Part shown: positions 18,528-26,372 of the stretch, piece by piece
Position numbering within the stretch: the first letter of the stretch is position 1
How the letters are laid out: each line of letters starts with the position of its first letter
Source: Clostridia bacterium
GTDB lineage: Bacteria; Bacillota; Clostridia; Oscillospirales; CAG-272
Direction: 5' to 3'
NCBI GenBank assembly: GCA_017407375.1
Contig: JAFQWT010000095.1
Span: 1 to 31,549, forward strand
Length of the DNA stretch: 31,549 bases
Notes under the pieces: generated by a model
What the model was told of the DNA's origin: nothing
The model's database searches: none
What the model saw: only the letters and a program-made list of their open reading frames with translations
Program-made: the position numbers and the translations under genes

Positions 18528-18556
18528 ATTTTAGCACGAACGGTGCGCAGTGTCAA
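18528..18556 (-). promoter_or_regulatory. Near-consensus promoter heading the GH28-HAD-MBL-CE15 operon
   Basis: TTGACA-N17-TAAAAT with an extended -10 TG. Confidence 0.75.
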
Positions 18557-18596
18557 CCCAAGAAGGAAAAAACGCCCCCAAAGGGGGCGCCCTCAC

Positions 18597-18627
18597 AAAA
18601 AAGGGAGGCGTGCCATGCACGCCTCCC
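18597..18627 (-). terminator. Terminator after the DUF1835 pair
   Basis: GGGAGGCGTGC-cat-GCACGCCTCCC with an A6 tract (U-tract on the minus strand). Confidence 0.8.
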
Positions 18628-18631
18628 CGCT

Positions 18632-19417
18632 TTAGTCCGCGTCGACCCTGCGGATCCACCGCATCCACAGCGGCTCACTTTTGTTCTTACCGACCACCTT
18701 GAAGATCCCTTTTGCGATCATCTCCTCAATGCGGTAATACACAAAGACTGCGTGCATATGGTGAGGACATCCGCCGATCGCCTCTCCGATCAGGGTCACG
18801 ATCCGAAATTCGCCCTCGGTGGGTGCCTTTTTTAATATTTCCCCATCGAGATAGTCGGCGGGAACGCTCGTCAGGCGTTTTTCGGGACCAAGATTTACGC
18901 GCAGCGCGGCGTTTTCCTCTGCCAGGCGGCGCCACTCCTCGGTGAACGCGGCACGCTCGCGGCGGTCAAGCTCCCGCTGCAGCGATAGGCAAGCCGCAAG
19001 CTCACTCGGTGCAAGCTCCCCCCAGCTCTTGTCCCACGTGAGCTCCCTTGTGCCGAGCTCCTGTGGCATCTCCACTACGTAGATGCGGCAGTCCACCTCC
19101 TGCAGGGCGGCAATGAGATGATACGCCCCGCATTTGACAAAGGGAGTGCTCCCATACCAAAGGCGGACCTCTCCCTCACGCCTTGCCGTCTCAATAACGG
19201 CCCGAAAGCCCGCGCATTCGCTCCTCCATTGCTTCAGGGCATCCTTGCCGAACCAACGGGCGTAGACCTCCCGCATCCAGCGCCGCCGCTCCTTCAGAAA
19301 GCGGCGCCCCTCAATGCCTCCATAAGCCAGGTTACCAAAGCCGCGGCCGACCGCCTCATGAGGGAAGGCCTCAAGAAGCATCCCTTGTTCGCTATCACTA
19401 AAGCATACGTTCAGCAT
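18632..19417 (-). CDS. DUF1835/DUF3658 domain-containing protein (paralogue 1)
   Basis: MLNVCFSDSEQG start, VRLWY, WGEL, W..L..ENAALR, SVPADYLDGEIL and YRIEEMI pattern; 261 aa. Confidence 0.75.
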   Translation of the reverse strand: MLNVCFSDSEQGMLLEAFPHEAVGRGFGNLAYGGIEGRRFLKERRRWMREVYARWFGKDALKQWRSECAGFRAVIETARREGEVRLWYGSTPFVKCGAYHLIAALQEVDCRIYVVEMPQELGTRELTWDKSWGELAPSELAACLSLQRELDRRERAAFTEEWRRLAEENAALRVNLGPEKRLTSVPADYLDGEILKKAPTEGEFRIVTLIGEAIGGCPHHMHAVFVYYRIEEMIAKGIFKVVGKNKSEPLWMRWIRRVDAD

Positions 19418-19472
19418 AATTTTCTCGCTTTATGTAAATAATACTTTCCTTTTACGCGCAAGCTCCCACGGC

Positions 19473-20258
19473 TCACGCTTGGGAGAGGCGGAGGGTCGTA
19501 GCCATCACCCCATCCCCTATGGGCTCGGACCTCACCACTGTGAAAAGTCCCGCTTCTGTCATCGCATCGATCCGTTGCTCAATAAAGCCCGGCCACATAT
19601 AATGACGGCTGCGCATGGCCCAGCCGACAAGACTCTGCTTTGAAAACTCCCCGCGTGTGGGAGCAGCGGCAAGGATCTCACCGTCGAGGTGATCGGCAGG
19701 AACGCTCTTGATGAGCGCCTCCTCGTTGACACGGAGCGCGGCGTTTTCTTCACAGAGCTTTTCCCATACGCGCGCCAAAAATTCTCGCGCAGCACGGCCG
19801 ATCTCCCGCTGGTGGCGCAGCTGCTCAAGGACCTCCGGCGGCTCCAGCATATCCCAGGTCGTATCGTAGCCCGCCGGCCTCTTTTTGATGCTTCTCGGAA
19901 TTTCTAAGCAGTAAAGCTTACAGTCGATCCCCTCAAGGGCCGACATGAGGCAAAAAAAGCCGCAGACGGATGCGGGGTTCTGCGAGACCCATACACGGAG
20001 CTCGCCGTCCTCCCTCGCCGCGCGGAGGATCGCCTCAAAGCACCGGCACTCCTCCTGCCACGTCTCCTCCCACACCTCACGGGAGGCGTGGGGGTTCATC
20101 ATACGGATCACCGCGAGGCGCGCTTCCGCAAAGCCGTCGGGGCGGATCCCCCCTATGTTCAGATGGGAGAAAAACGGAAGCGTTTCCTCCTCGTATTCCA
20201 TCATCAGTGTCCAGCGGAGCAGGCCGTATTCGCTCCTCTCAAAGCATACGTTCAGCAT
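19473..20258 (-). CDS. DUF1835/DUF3658 domain-containing protein (paralogue 2)
   Basis: Same architecture and length (261 aa): MLNVCF, LRVWV, WEKLCEENAALR, SVPADHLDGEIL, QRIDAM. Confidence 0.75.
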   Translation of the reverse strand: MLNVCFERSEYGLLRWTLMMEYEEETLPFFSHLNIGGIRPDGFAEARLAVIRMMNPHASREVWEETWQEECRCFEAILRAAREDGELRVWVSQNPASVCGFFCLMSALEGIDCKLYCLEIPRSIKKRPAGYDTTWDMLEPPEVLEQLRHQREIGRAAREFLARVWEKLCEENAALRVNEEALIKSVPADHLDGEILAAAPTRGEFSKQSLVGWAMRSRHYMWPGFIEQRIDAMTEAGLFTVVRSEPIGDGVMATTLRLSQA

Positions 20259-20328
20259 GAGCTTCTCCTGTGTTCTTCAGAATTTCTTTCTATCGTAGCG
20301 CACCGACCGTTTTATGTCAGCAAGCCCA

Positions 20329-20402
20329 AAGCCAAAAGGGGGGCGTACGCAGTGCGCCCCTTGGGGTAGGGGAAGGCGCGCCCCGCAGGGGCGCACCTTC
20401 CG
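20329..20402. terminator. Two adjacent GC hairpins downstream of the 1172-aa gene (probable terminator)
   Basis: GGGGCGTAC-gca-GTGCGCCCC and GGAAGGCGCGCCCC-gca-GGGGCGCACCTTCC. Confidence 0.55.
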
Positions 20403-20424
20403 TTGGTCTTGCCGCGGCAGCAGG

Positions 20425-23400
20425 TCAGAAAATGACGATCTCCTCCCCATCCCTGTAAACGGACGAGCGCGTTTCCCCGTTGAAGGTCCTGCCGTGCATC
20501 TCCTCACCGTGGGAGATCCACCTCTTGGTGATCAGATCGTAGGCATAGATCAGATCCTTTTCTTCTCCGGGGATGTGCTTATCAAACAAAAGAACGCTAT
20601 CCTCGGTAACGAAGCACTCGTTGAACATGTATCCCATATCGTACTCAAAATCAAGAACGAGGATCGTGGCGCTTTTCTCAATGTCATAGATCGCATAGTG
20701 GCCGTTTTCCCAGCCGCCCTCGTGCACGAAATACAACCTGTCGGTATCGTCAATTTCGTAAATTTCATCAAAACGGCACGGTACGACTTCCTTCTCATCC
20801 CGGTCAATGACGCCCCACCGTTCATTCTCGCACCAATACTGCTCCTCGCCGGCCTCCGTGGTGCTTTTGCTCCATTCGCCACGGCAAACGATAGCCCTCC
20901 CGTTTCGGAAGTTCATCGCGTACACGTATTTGGGCTCAATGACCACATGGAAGCTTGTATCAAGCCACCCCCAAAGCCCCGCGCAGGCGTGGCGGTTGTG
21001 ATGATACTGAAGGTCAAGCGCGCCCATTTCACTTACCATGACAAGCCCCTCGGAGCAGCCACCGTAAAACGGATATACGCCAATGGGGGTTTGCTGATAT
21101 TTTTCGGGGAGGGCCGTAGCCGTCATTGTAATTCGGTTGAGCAGGTAGCTCTGGTCTTTAGGATCGAGGTGCGGGATGCTACCTACGGCAAAGCCGCCCT
21201 CATCGTAATCAGACTGGCGCAAAAAGACGTCCATGCCGGTATAATTGAATGTTTCAATAGGATGCCCGTTCTCATACACCTCAAGCGCCGAGATGGCGGC
21301 ACCGCTGATAAACTCGATCCCCTGCCCTCTTTCCGCGTAACGAGCGCCCCCATACTTTGGTTTGGGGATATGGTCGGTAAGCCGTCCGTTGGCAAAGATC
21401 TTATCCGTCATTACCCCGTACTGATACCTTGTAACCTCTCCGTCGCCAAAGTCTCCCGCAAGGTCGTACCGCCTGACCTCGCCGTTTTCAAAGACGGCGC
21501 GGAGGGAGTAACGGCACACGTCCGAGGGGGGCAGAAAGTCCACCGAGACGATCCGTGGTGCTTCATTGGCAGGGGAATGGGTGATGACCTCATCGGAAAC
21601 AAGAAGCTCTCGGTAGGAGTTGTCAAAGGGGTGAACGGTTATGCCGTTAATTTTGTTTTCGGCATTGACGCTGAAGGCGATATATCCATAATCCTCAAGA
21701 TAAGGAACAACGGAATACACATTGTCGTTCAACCGCAAATAGGCAAGCCGCGCCATGCCTTGCTCATCTCTGATATAAGACAGATAGTTATAGAAGCCGC
21801 TATTCAAGCTCCTCCCTTTCTGCTCGTAGGTCTTGAGGTACACGTCCTCGGCGCACATCGCTTGCAGAGCGTCAAGGTCCTTGGTGTTGAACGCCGCCAC
21901 CAGCCGAGGGATCAGATCCATCATTTCCTTGCGGGGGTAGAAGCGGAAAATGCTTTTTCCCATGACCTCCGTCAAAAGCCACGGCTCAGCCGCATGAGTG
22001 GGATCGCCGTAACGGCCAACGGTATATTCTGTTTCGCCCGATTCCGCGGTCTTTTTGGCCACGCTGAGATAAATGACGATCACGCTCCGCCCCTTGGCGA
22101 GCTCGGTGTCACGGAGCGGCTTGCAGTGGTCGGCGGTCAGCGTAACGGTGCGCTCCTCCCCGTAGGCATAGAAGAAAAACGCGTATCCCACGCCCCTTCT
22201 TTCACAGGCATAGCCAAGGCATTCCTCAAGCACAACGGTGTCGGACACCTTATACCCGTTGTCCCTAAACCAGGCAAGCGCAAATTCATCGGCCTTTTTC
22301 CACACATATACTCGGTTCTCGTCAACGGCGGGGATGTCGTTCCCGCGCATCGACCACACCGTGTCCGTGCTGCCGTAAACCTCGGCGAGGATATCTGTGA
22401 CGCTCCTTATTTTCGCACGAGGACGGTATTTGACGTCCTCCCCGTTGAAGGCGTTCAAATAGCCGGGGCTGCGGCTGAGGAGAATGTTGGTGATCTTATG
22501 CTCCTCGTTGTACATAAGGAAAACGACGTACGCCACCTCACCCTCGTAATAAGTGACGGTGCAATGCTTGCCTTGATAAATAAGAGCAAGATCCTCCTGA
22601 TCGCAAAGCTCATCCTTAGCAAGAGCGTGTCTATAGGTGTAGGAGCGCTCTCCCTCCAGCGCCTCCACAACGTCCTTTAAGTGCCGAATGATCTTACAAG
22701 CGCCCACAAGGCATACGTCGGCATAGTCGGAACGGTACATGCAGTTGGGCGCGAGATGCTCCTCCAAAGCGTCGGGCTTTCCGCCGCACATGGCTTCTGC
22801 CAGCACCGCGTGTAGGTGGAGCTCGTGATCAATGCCGAGCTTGTGCCCTTTCGCAGGTAGGAACTCAAGAGAGGATATGAGCCCCTTCTCATCAACGCCA
22901 AAGTGGATCAGGGTATGCGGACGGCGCTTGGAATAAACAACGATAACGTCGTGCCCGAGAAGCCATTTCTTGTCGCAGGACAAGAGGTGCATGACCTCGA
23001 GCTTGTCGATCCTCTTTGGTAAATTCAATCGGAACACCTCTGCAAGGCCGTCCCTGAAGCGCTGGGTGTATTCATCACTCCAATCGATCCCGATATAATC
23101 GATCGTGCCGCGGCAGCAACGGGCAAGACGGGTGTAGTCGCCGCTTTCGATACAACGCATGATCACCCTTTGAACGTTGAAGTACTTGGGGACAAAGCCG
23201 TTTCTGTAGTTCACCTCATCGGCATCGGCGATCACGTCCTTATACGGATCCTCGTAGAAGGGGCGGTCTCTTTCATTCTTATGCCTTTCCCCTATGGCAA
23301 CGTCCATAGAAATGACACCGCTTACTCGAACACGGTCATCGACCGCGGGCGAGAACTCCAGGCGGTCACAAGGGATCAGCACCGTGATCTTGCCGTTTTC

Positions 23401-23943
23401 GGTATCCACGTCAAGCTCCCAAAGCTCGGTCACCTCATTCTCAAAGCCAAACTCGGTGCGCGCAACGTCCGCCACGCGGCCGTTGAGGGTGGCGGTCCTT
23501 TCCCCGCTGGCCGTAACGCGGCCGTCTGCTTGGGCCTCCGCGATCCTTACCACGGTCTTGGCAAAGGCAACGACCTGGCCGTCGATCACGTCTCCCCTCT
23601 CGATGGCGGGAAAAATGTCGGGGCTGACCAACCTTACTGGAATATCCGCGCCGCCGCGGCTGATGAGCGTGTAAAAATGGGCGGTGGAGGAGGTGTCCAA
23701 CGCTCCGCGCACCTCAAGCCCCCAGCAGTTGTATCCGCTGAAATGAATATCCGTGTTGATATGCCTGCCGTCAAGATCCTCACAGCGATGGAATTCCACG
23801 TTCCCGGGGAAGGAGCAAAAGCGGTAATTGTACTGATACCCGGGGACGACGTATCGGGTATTGCTGCAAATATGCTCATCAAGACGTTGCCATACATCCT
23901 CATGAAGAAGGCGACCAAGCCCCATAGCTTTGATAATATTCAT
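20425..23943 (-). CDS. Large multidomain hypothetical protein: DUF3881-like N-terminus, three NTF2/SnoaL-like units, REase-like and DUF2442-like segments, C-terminal WG repeats
   Basis: 1172-aa open frame with GAGGGAG RBS. WG repeats are clear (GLWGWLD...VIEPKY, RWGVID...VVPCRFD). The other domains are called by eye from motif resemblance. Confidence 0.8.
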   Translation of the reverse strand: MNIIKAMGLGRLLHEDVWQRLDEHICSNTRYVVPGYQYNYRFCSFPGNVEFHRCEDLDGRHINTDIHFSGYNCWGLEVRGALDTSSTAHFYTLISRGGADIPVRLVSPDIFPAIERGDVIDGQVVAFAKTVVRIAEAQADGRVTASGERTATLNGRVADVARTEFGFENEVTELWELDVDTENGKITVLIPCDRLEFSPAVDDRVRVSGVISMDVAIGERHKNERDRPFYEDPYKDVIADADEVNYRNGFVPKYFNVQRVIMRCIESGDYTRLARCCRGTIDYIGIDWSDEYTQRFRDGLAEVFRLNLPKRIDKLEVMHLLSCDKKWLLGHDVIVVYSKRRPHTLIHFGVDEKGLISSLEFLPAKGHKLGIDHELHLHAVLAEAMCGGKPDALEEHLAPNCMYRSDYADVCLVGACKIIRHLKDVVEALEGERSYTYRHALAKDELCDQEDLALIYQGKHCTVTYYEGEVAYVVFLMYNEEHKITNILLSRSPGYLNAFNGEDVKYRPRAKIRSVTDILAEVYGSTDTVWSMRGNDIPAVDENRVYVWKKADEFALAWFRDNGYKVSDTVVLEECLGYACERRGVGYAFFFYAYGEERTVTLTADHCKPLRDTELAKGRSVIVIYLSVAKKTAESGETEYTVGRYGDPTHAAEPWLLTEVMGKSIFRFYPRKEMMDLIPRLVAAFNTKDLDALQAMCAEDVYLKTYEQKGRSLNSGFYNYLSYIRDEQGMARLAYLRLNDNVYSVVPYLEDYGYIAFSVNAENKINGITVHPFDNSYRELLVSDEVITHSPANEAPRIVSVDFLPPSDVCRYSLRAVFENGEVRRYDLAGDFGDGEVTRYQYGVMTDKIFANGRLTDHIPKPKYGGARYAERGQGIEFISGAAISALEVYENGHPIETFNYTGMDVFLRQSDYDEGGFAVGSIPHLDPKDQSYLLNRITMTATALPEKYQQTPIGVYPFYGGCSEGLVMVSEMGALDLQYHHNRHACAGLWGWLDTSFHVVIEPKYVYAMNFRNGRAIVCRGEWSKSTTEAGEEQYWCENERWGVIDRDEKEVVPCRFDEIYEIDDTDRLYFVHEGGWENGHYAIYDIEKSATILVLDFEYDMGYMFNECFVTEDSVLLFDKHIPGEEKDLIYAYDLITKRWISHGEEMHGRTFNGETRSSVYRDGEEIVIF

Positions 23944-23958
23944 ACACTCCCTCCTCTC

Positions 23959-24834
23959 TTAGAAGCCGCAACCGTTAACGGCGTCGCATATTTTACTGTA
24001 TTTCTCGGTCCATTCGATCAAAGCGTGAAGCATCGCGGGGTTCTCTTGGCGGTTTTTCCAGACGTTATCCCCCATGTCCAACAGATGATGAAGCGCCTCC
24101 TCGTCTTTTGCGGTAAAGGTATCGTAATCAATGCCGCAAGCGTCCTCAAACGCTTCATCAAAGGTTCTAAAGGAATAAAACCTCTCCCACTTTTCAAGGC
24201 ATTCCCGCCATTTTTCCATGGGGATATGAATATCGTCATACTCGTCGAATTCCTCTCCTACCATTCCGAGAAAAAGACGGAGCTCAGCATAGTACGGCTC
24301 GCTTACGCGCATTTTCCCCTCATCCAGTGAAGTCCCGCCGTTGGCGGGATAAAAGGAAACGAAGGTGAAAAAATCCCTGTATCGAAACAGCGCGGGATCG
24401 CATAGGTCAATGCGGGCGATCTTATCCTCCTCGGTCAGCTTTAGGCGAAGCATAACGCCGTTTGTTTTATCATCAACGGTCTGCTCCATAAGGAGGCACA
24501 GCTCGCCGGGATCGTAAAGGAGACCAAAGGATCCGTGCACCCTTTCTCCGTTGACGTGAAAATCGTCATCTTTGATAGGATTTATATTGCCTATAAGCTC
24601 AACAATGGAGCAGTTCGGAAAATTGCCCGTCCGTTTGAGCGTTTTACCCTTGTCGGTAAGGTACTCCACGATCGCACGACGCCCCTCGTTCGGTGTCAGT
24701 ACCCACTGGGACTGCATAACGCAATCCTCGGAAAGATGAGGAAACACCGGAGAAAAATCGCCGGAGCCGTATCCTTCTTCAAATGTCTCAAGACATTGAT
24801 ACACGATCGCATCCTTTTCAAGCTTTGTTTTCAT
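23959..24834 (-). CDS. Hypothetical protein with an N-terminal NTF2/SnoaL-like domain
   Basis: 291 aa, AAGGAGG RBS, 15 bp upstream of the large gene. GYGSGDFSPVFPHLSEDCVMQSQW...GRRAIVEYL is an NTF2-like pattern. Confidence 0.78.
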   Translation of the reverse strand: MKTKLEKDAIVYQCLETFEEGYGSGDFSPVFPHLSEDCVMQSQWVLTPNEGRRAIVEYLTDKGKTLKRTGNFPNCSIVELIGNINPIKDDDFHVNGERVHGSFGLLYDPGELCLLMEQTVDDKTNGVMLRLKLTEEDKIARIDLCDPALFRYRDFFTFVSFYPANGGTSLDEGKMRVSEPYYAELRLFLGMVGEEFDEYDDIHIPMEKWRECLEKWERFYSFRTFDEAFEDACGIDYDTFTAKDEEALHHLLDMGDNVWKNRQENPAMLHALIEWTEKYSKICDAVNGCGF

Positions 24835-24959
24835 AACCCTTCCTCCTTAATGCCCGAGGGGCGAGGACATAGCACGTCCTCTTATTCTTACATGGCCGCG
24901 TTCCCCTCGGCATCGGCCGCCGCGGGAAGCGCACCGCCTTTCTTGCGGCCGCTGACCTC

Positions 24960-24968
24960 ATTATATCA
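24960..24968 (-). promoter_or_regulatory. Extended -10 promoter for the 291-aa/1172-aa operon
   Basis: TGATATAAT on the minus strand, about 125 nt upstream of ATG 24834. Confidence 0.5.
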
Positions 24969-25067
24969 CGCCGCACATCCCATTTTTGGTACATCAATGA
25001 TACCACAGAACGGCTTTCTTGGCAATAGGAGGACGTGCGCGCCGCACGCCGTCACACCGCCGCTTGC

Positions 25068-25092
25068 AAAAAAGGGCGTGCATGGCACGCCC
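25068..25092 (-). terminator. Terminator after fucU
   Basis: A6 followed by GGGCGTGC-atg-GCACGCCC. The same core occurs in reverse orientation at 18605-18625. Confidence 0.7.
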
Positions 25093-25130
25093 CTTGGTTT
25101 TTTCTTGCCGCAAGACCAAATCGGCGCCGC

Positions 25131-25553
25131 TTACTCCTTCACAACGCCCTTTTTGAGGATGAGGTTCGCGTAAAGTGCGCTCTCCCCCGTCATCACGACG
25201 GCGTAGGCCTTTTTGGCACGCTCATAGAACGCAAAGCGCTCGATCTCTTGCATCTCGGCATCGGTGTGGGGCGCGATGATGCGGCGGTACTCGTCCCAGA
25301 TCGGCGTTTCCACGGGGTCACCGGGCACCTTGGCCATCAGGTACACGGGCGCCTCGTAGGTATCGAGGGGAAAGAGCTTCAAAATGGCCTCGAGAAGCTC
25401 TGCCGCGCCGTGGCCGTCACAGCGGAGGCACTGCCTGCCGTGGGAGGCCCCGGGGAAATTGCCGTCCCCGATCACAAGCTCGTCTCCGTGGCCCATCTCC
25501 ATCATCACCTTGAGAAGCTCGGGCGACAGGATCGAGGGAATTCCTTTTAACAT
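25131..25553 (-). CDS. fucU: L-fucose mutarotase / RbsD-FucU family protein
   Basis: MLKGIPSILSPELLKVMMEMGHGDELVIGDGNFP, IERFAFYERAKKAY, YANLILKKGVV; GGAGG RBS before ATG 25553. Confidence 0.93.
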   Translation of the reverse strand: MLKGIPSILSPELLKVMMEMGHGDELVIGDGNFPGASHGRQCLRCDGHGAAELLEAILKLFPLDTYEAPVYLMAKVPGDPVETPIWDEYRRIIAPHTDAEMQEIERFAFYERAKKAYAVVMTGESALYANLILKKGVVKE

Positions 25554-25579
25554 CGTTATATCCTCCGTTTTTTGAGATA

Positions 25580-25608
25580 AGTATAGCACAACCGCCGCCG
25601 TTTGTCAA
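25580..25608 (-). promoter_or_regulatory. fucU promoter
   Basis: TTGACA-N17-TATACT with an extended -10 TG. Confidence 0.75.
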
Positions 25609-25671
25609 CCAAAAGGGGGGCAAGACGCTGTGGCGGCCACGGCCGGCCAAGGAAAAAATCTCGCCAACGGC

Positions 25672-25700
25672 TTGTCTTGACAGCAAAGCGGGTGTATAAT
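25672..25700 (+). promoter_or_regulatory. ppa promoter
   Basis: TTGTCT-N17-TATAAT. Confidence 0.55.
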
Positions 25701-25743
25701 ATAGGATAGAAAAAGCGCCATGCGCAAAGAAAGGTAAGACCCG

Positions 25744-26274
25744 ATGAATATTTGGCACGACATCAGCCCCAAGCGCATCACCCCCGAGGATTTTGTGGCG
25801 GTGATCGAGATCCCCAAGGGGAGTAAGAAGAAATACGAGCTGGATAAGGAGACCGGCCTTATTATGCTTGACCGCGTTTTGTATACCTCCACGCACTATC
25901 CCGCCAATTACGGCTTTATTCCCCGCTCCTTCGGTGACGACGGAGACCCCCTTGACGTTCTCGTCCTCTGCTCCGAGGCACTTGAGCCCCTCACGCTCGT
26001 CCGTTGCTATCCCATTGGCTACATTTCCATGCTGGACGGGGGGCGCAACGACGAGAAGATCATTGCCATTCCCTTTGGTGACCCCACCTACAACCACTAC
26101 CGGGACATCACCGACCTCCCTCAGCACATTTTTGATGAAATGGTGCATTTCTTTAACGTCTACAAGGCGCTGGAGGAAAAGGAAGCGGTGGCCAAGGACG
26201 TCAACGGCCGCGAGGAGGCCGTCACCGTCATCGCGGGGGCGCTCGCCAATTACGTCGACCGGTTTTGCAAATAA
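25744..26274 (+). CDS. ppa: Inorganic pyrophosphatase, family I
   Basis: IEIPKGSKKKYELDK, YPANYGFIP, DGDPLDVLV, DEKIIA, FFNVYKALE. Confidence 0.96.
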   Translation: MNIWHDISPKRITPEDFVAVIEIPKGSKKKYELDKETGLIMLDRVLYTSTHYPANYGFIPRSFGDDGDPLDVLVLCSEALEPLTLVRCYPIGYISMLDGGRNDEKIIAIPFGDPTYNHYRDITDLPQHIFDEMVHFFNVYKALEEKEAVAKDVNGREEAVTVIAGALANYVDRFCK

Positions 26275-26304
26275 AAAAGCAAGAGCCCACGGCTCTTGCT
26301 TTTT
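26274..26304. terminator. Bidirectional terminator between ppa and MATE
   Basis: AAAAAGCAAGAGCC-cac-GGCTCTTGCTTTTT. Confidence 0.88.
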
Positions 26305-26372
26305 GTTTTACTCCTTGATGGTTCTGCCGCTGCAAGGCGCCGCCTCGCCGAAAATGCGAGGCATAGTTTTCT

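Noticed and set aside
24856-24944. Short matches to the 86-bp module (CGCCCCTC at 24856-24863 and GCACCGCCTTTCTT at about 24931-24944)
   Set aside because: The matches are short, in different orientations and lack the AGCCA core. They are compatible with chance or a shared SD variant.
25131-25553. Stand-alone fucU as evidence for a fucose operon
   Set aside because: It has its own promoter and terminator and no fucI/fucK/fucA neighbours; an orphan mutarotase is unremarkable.
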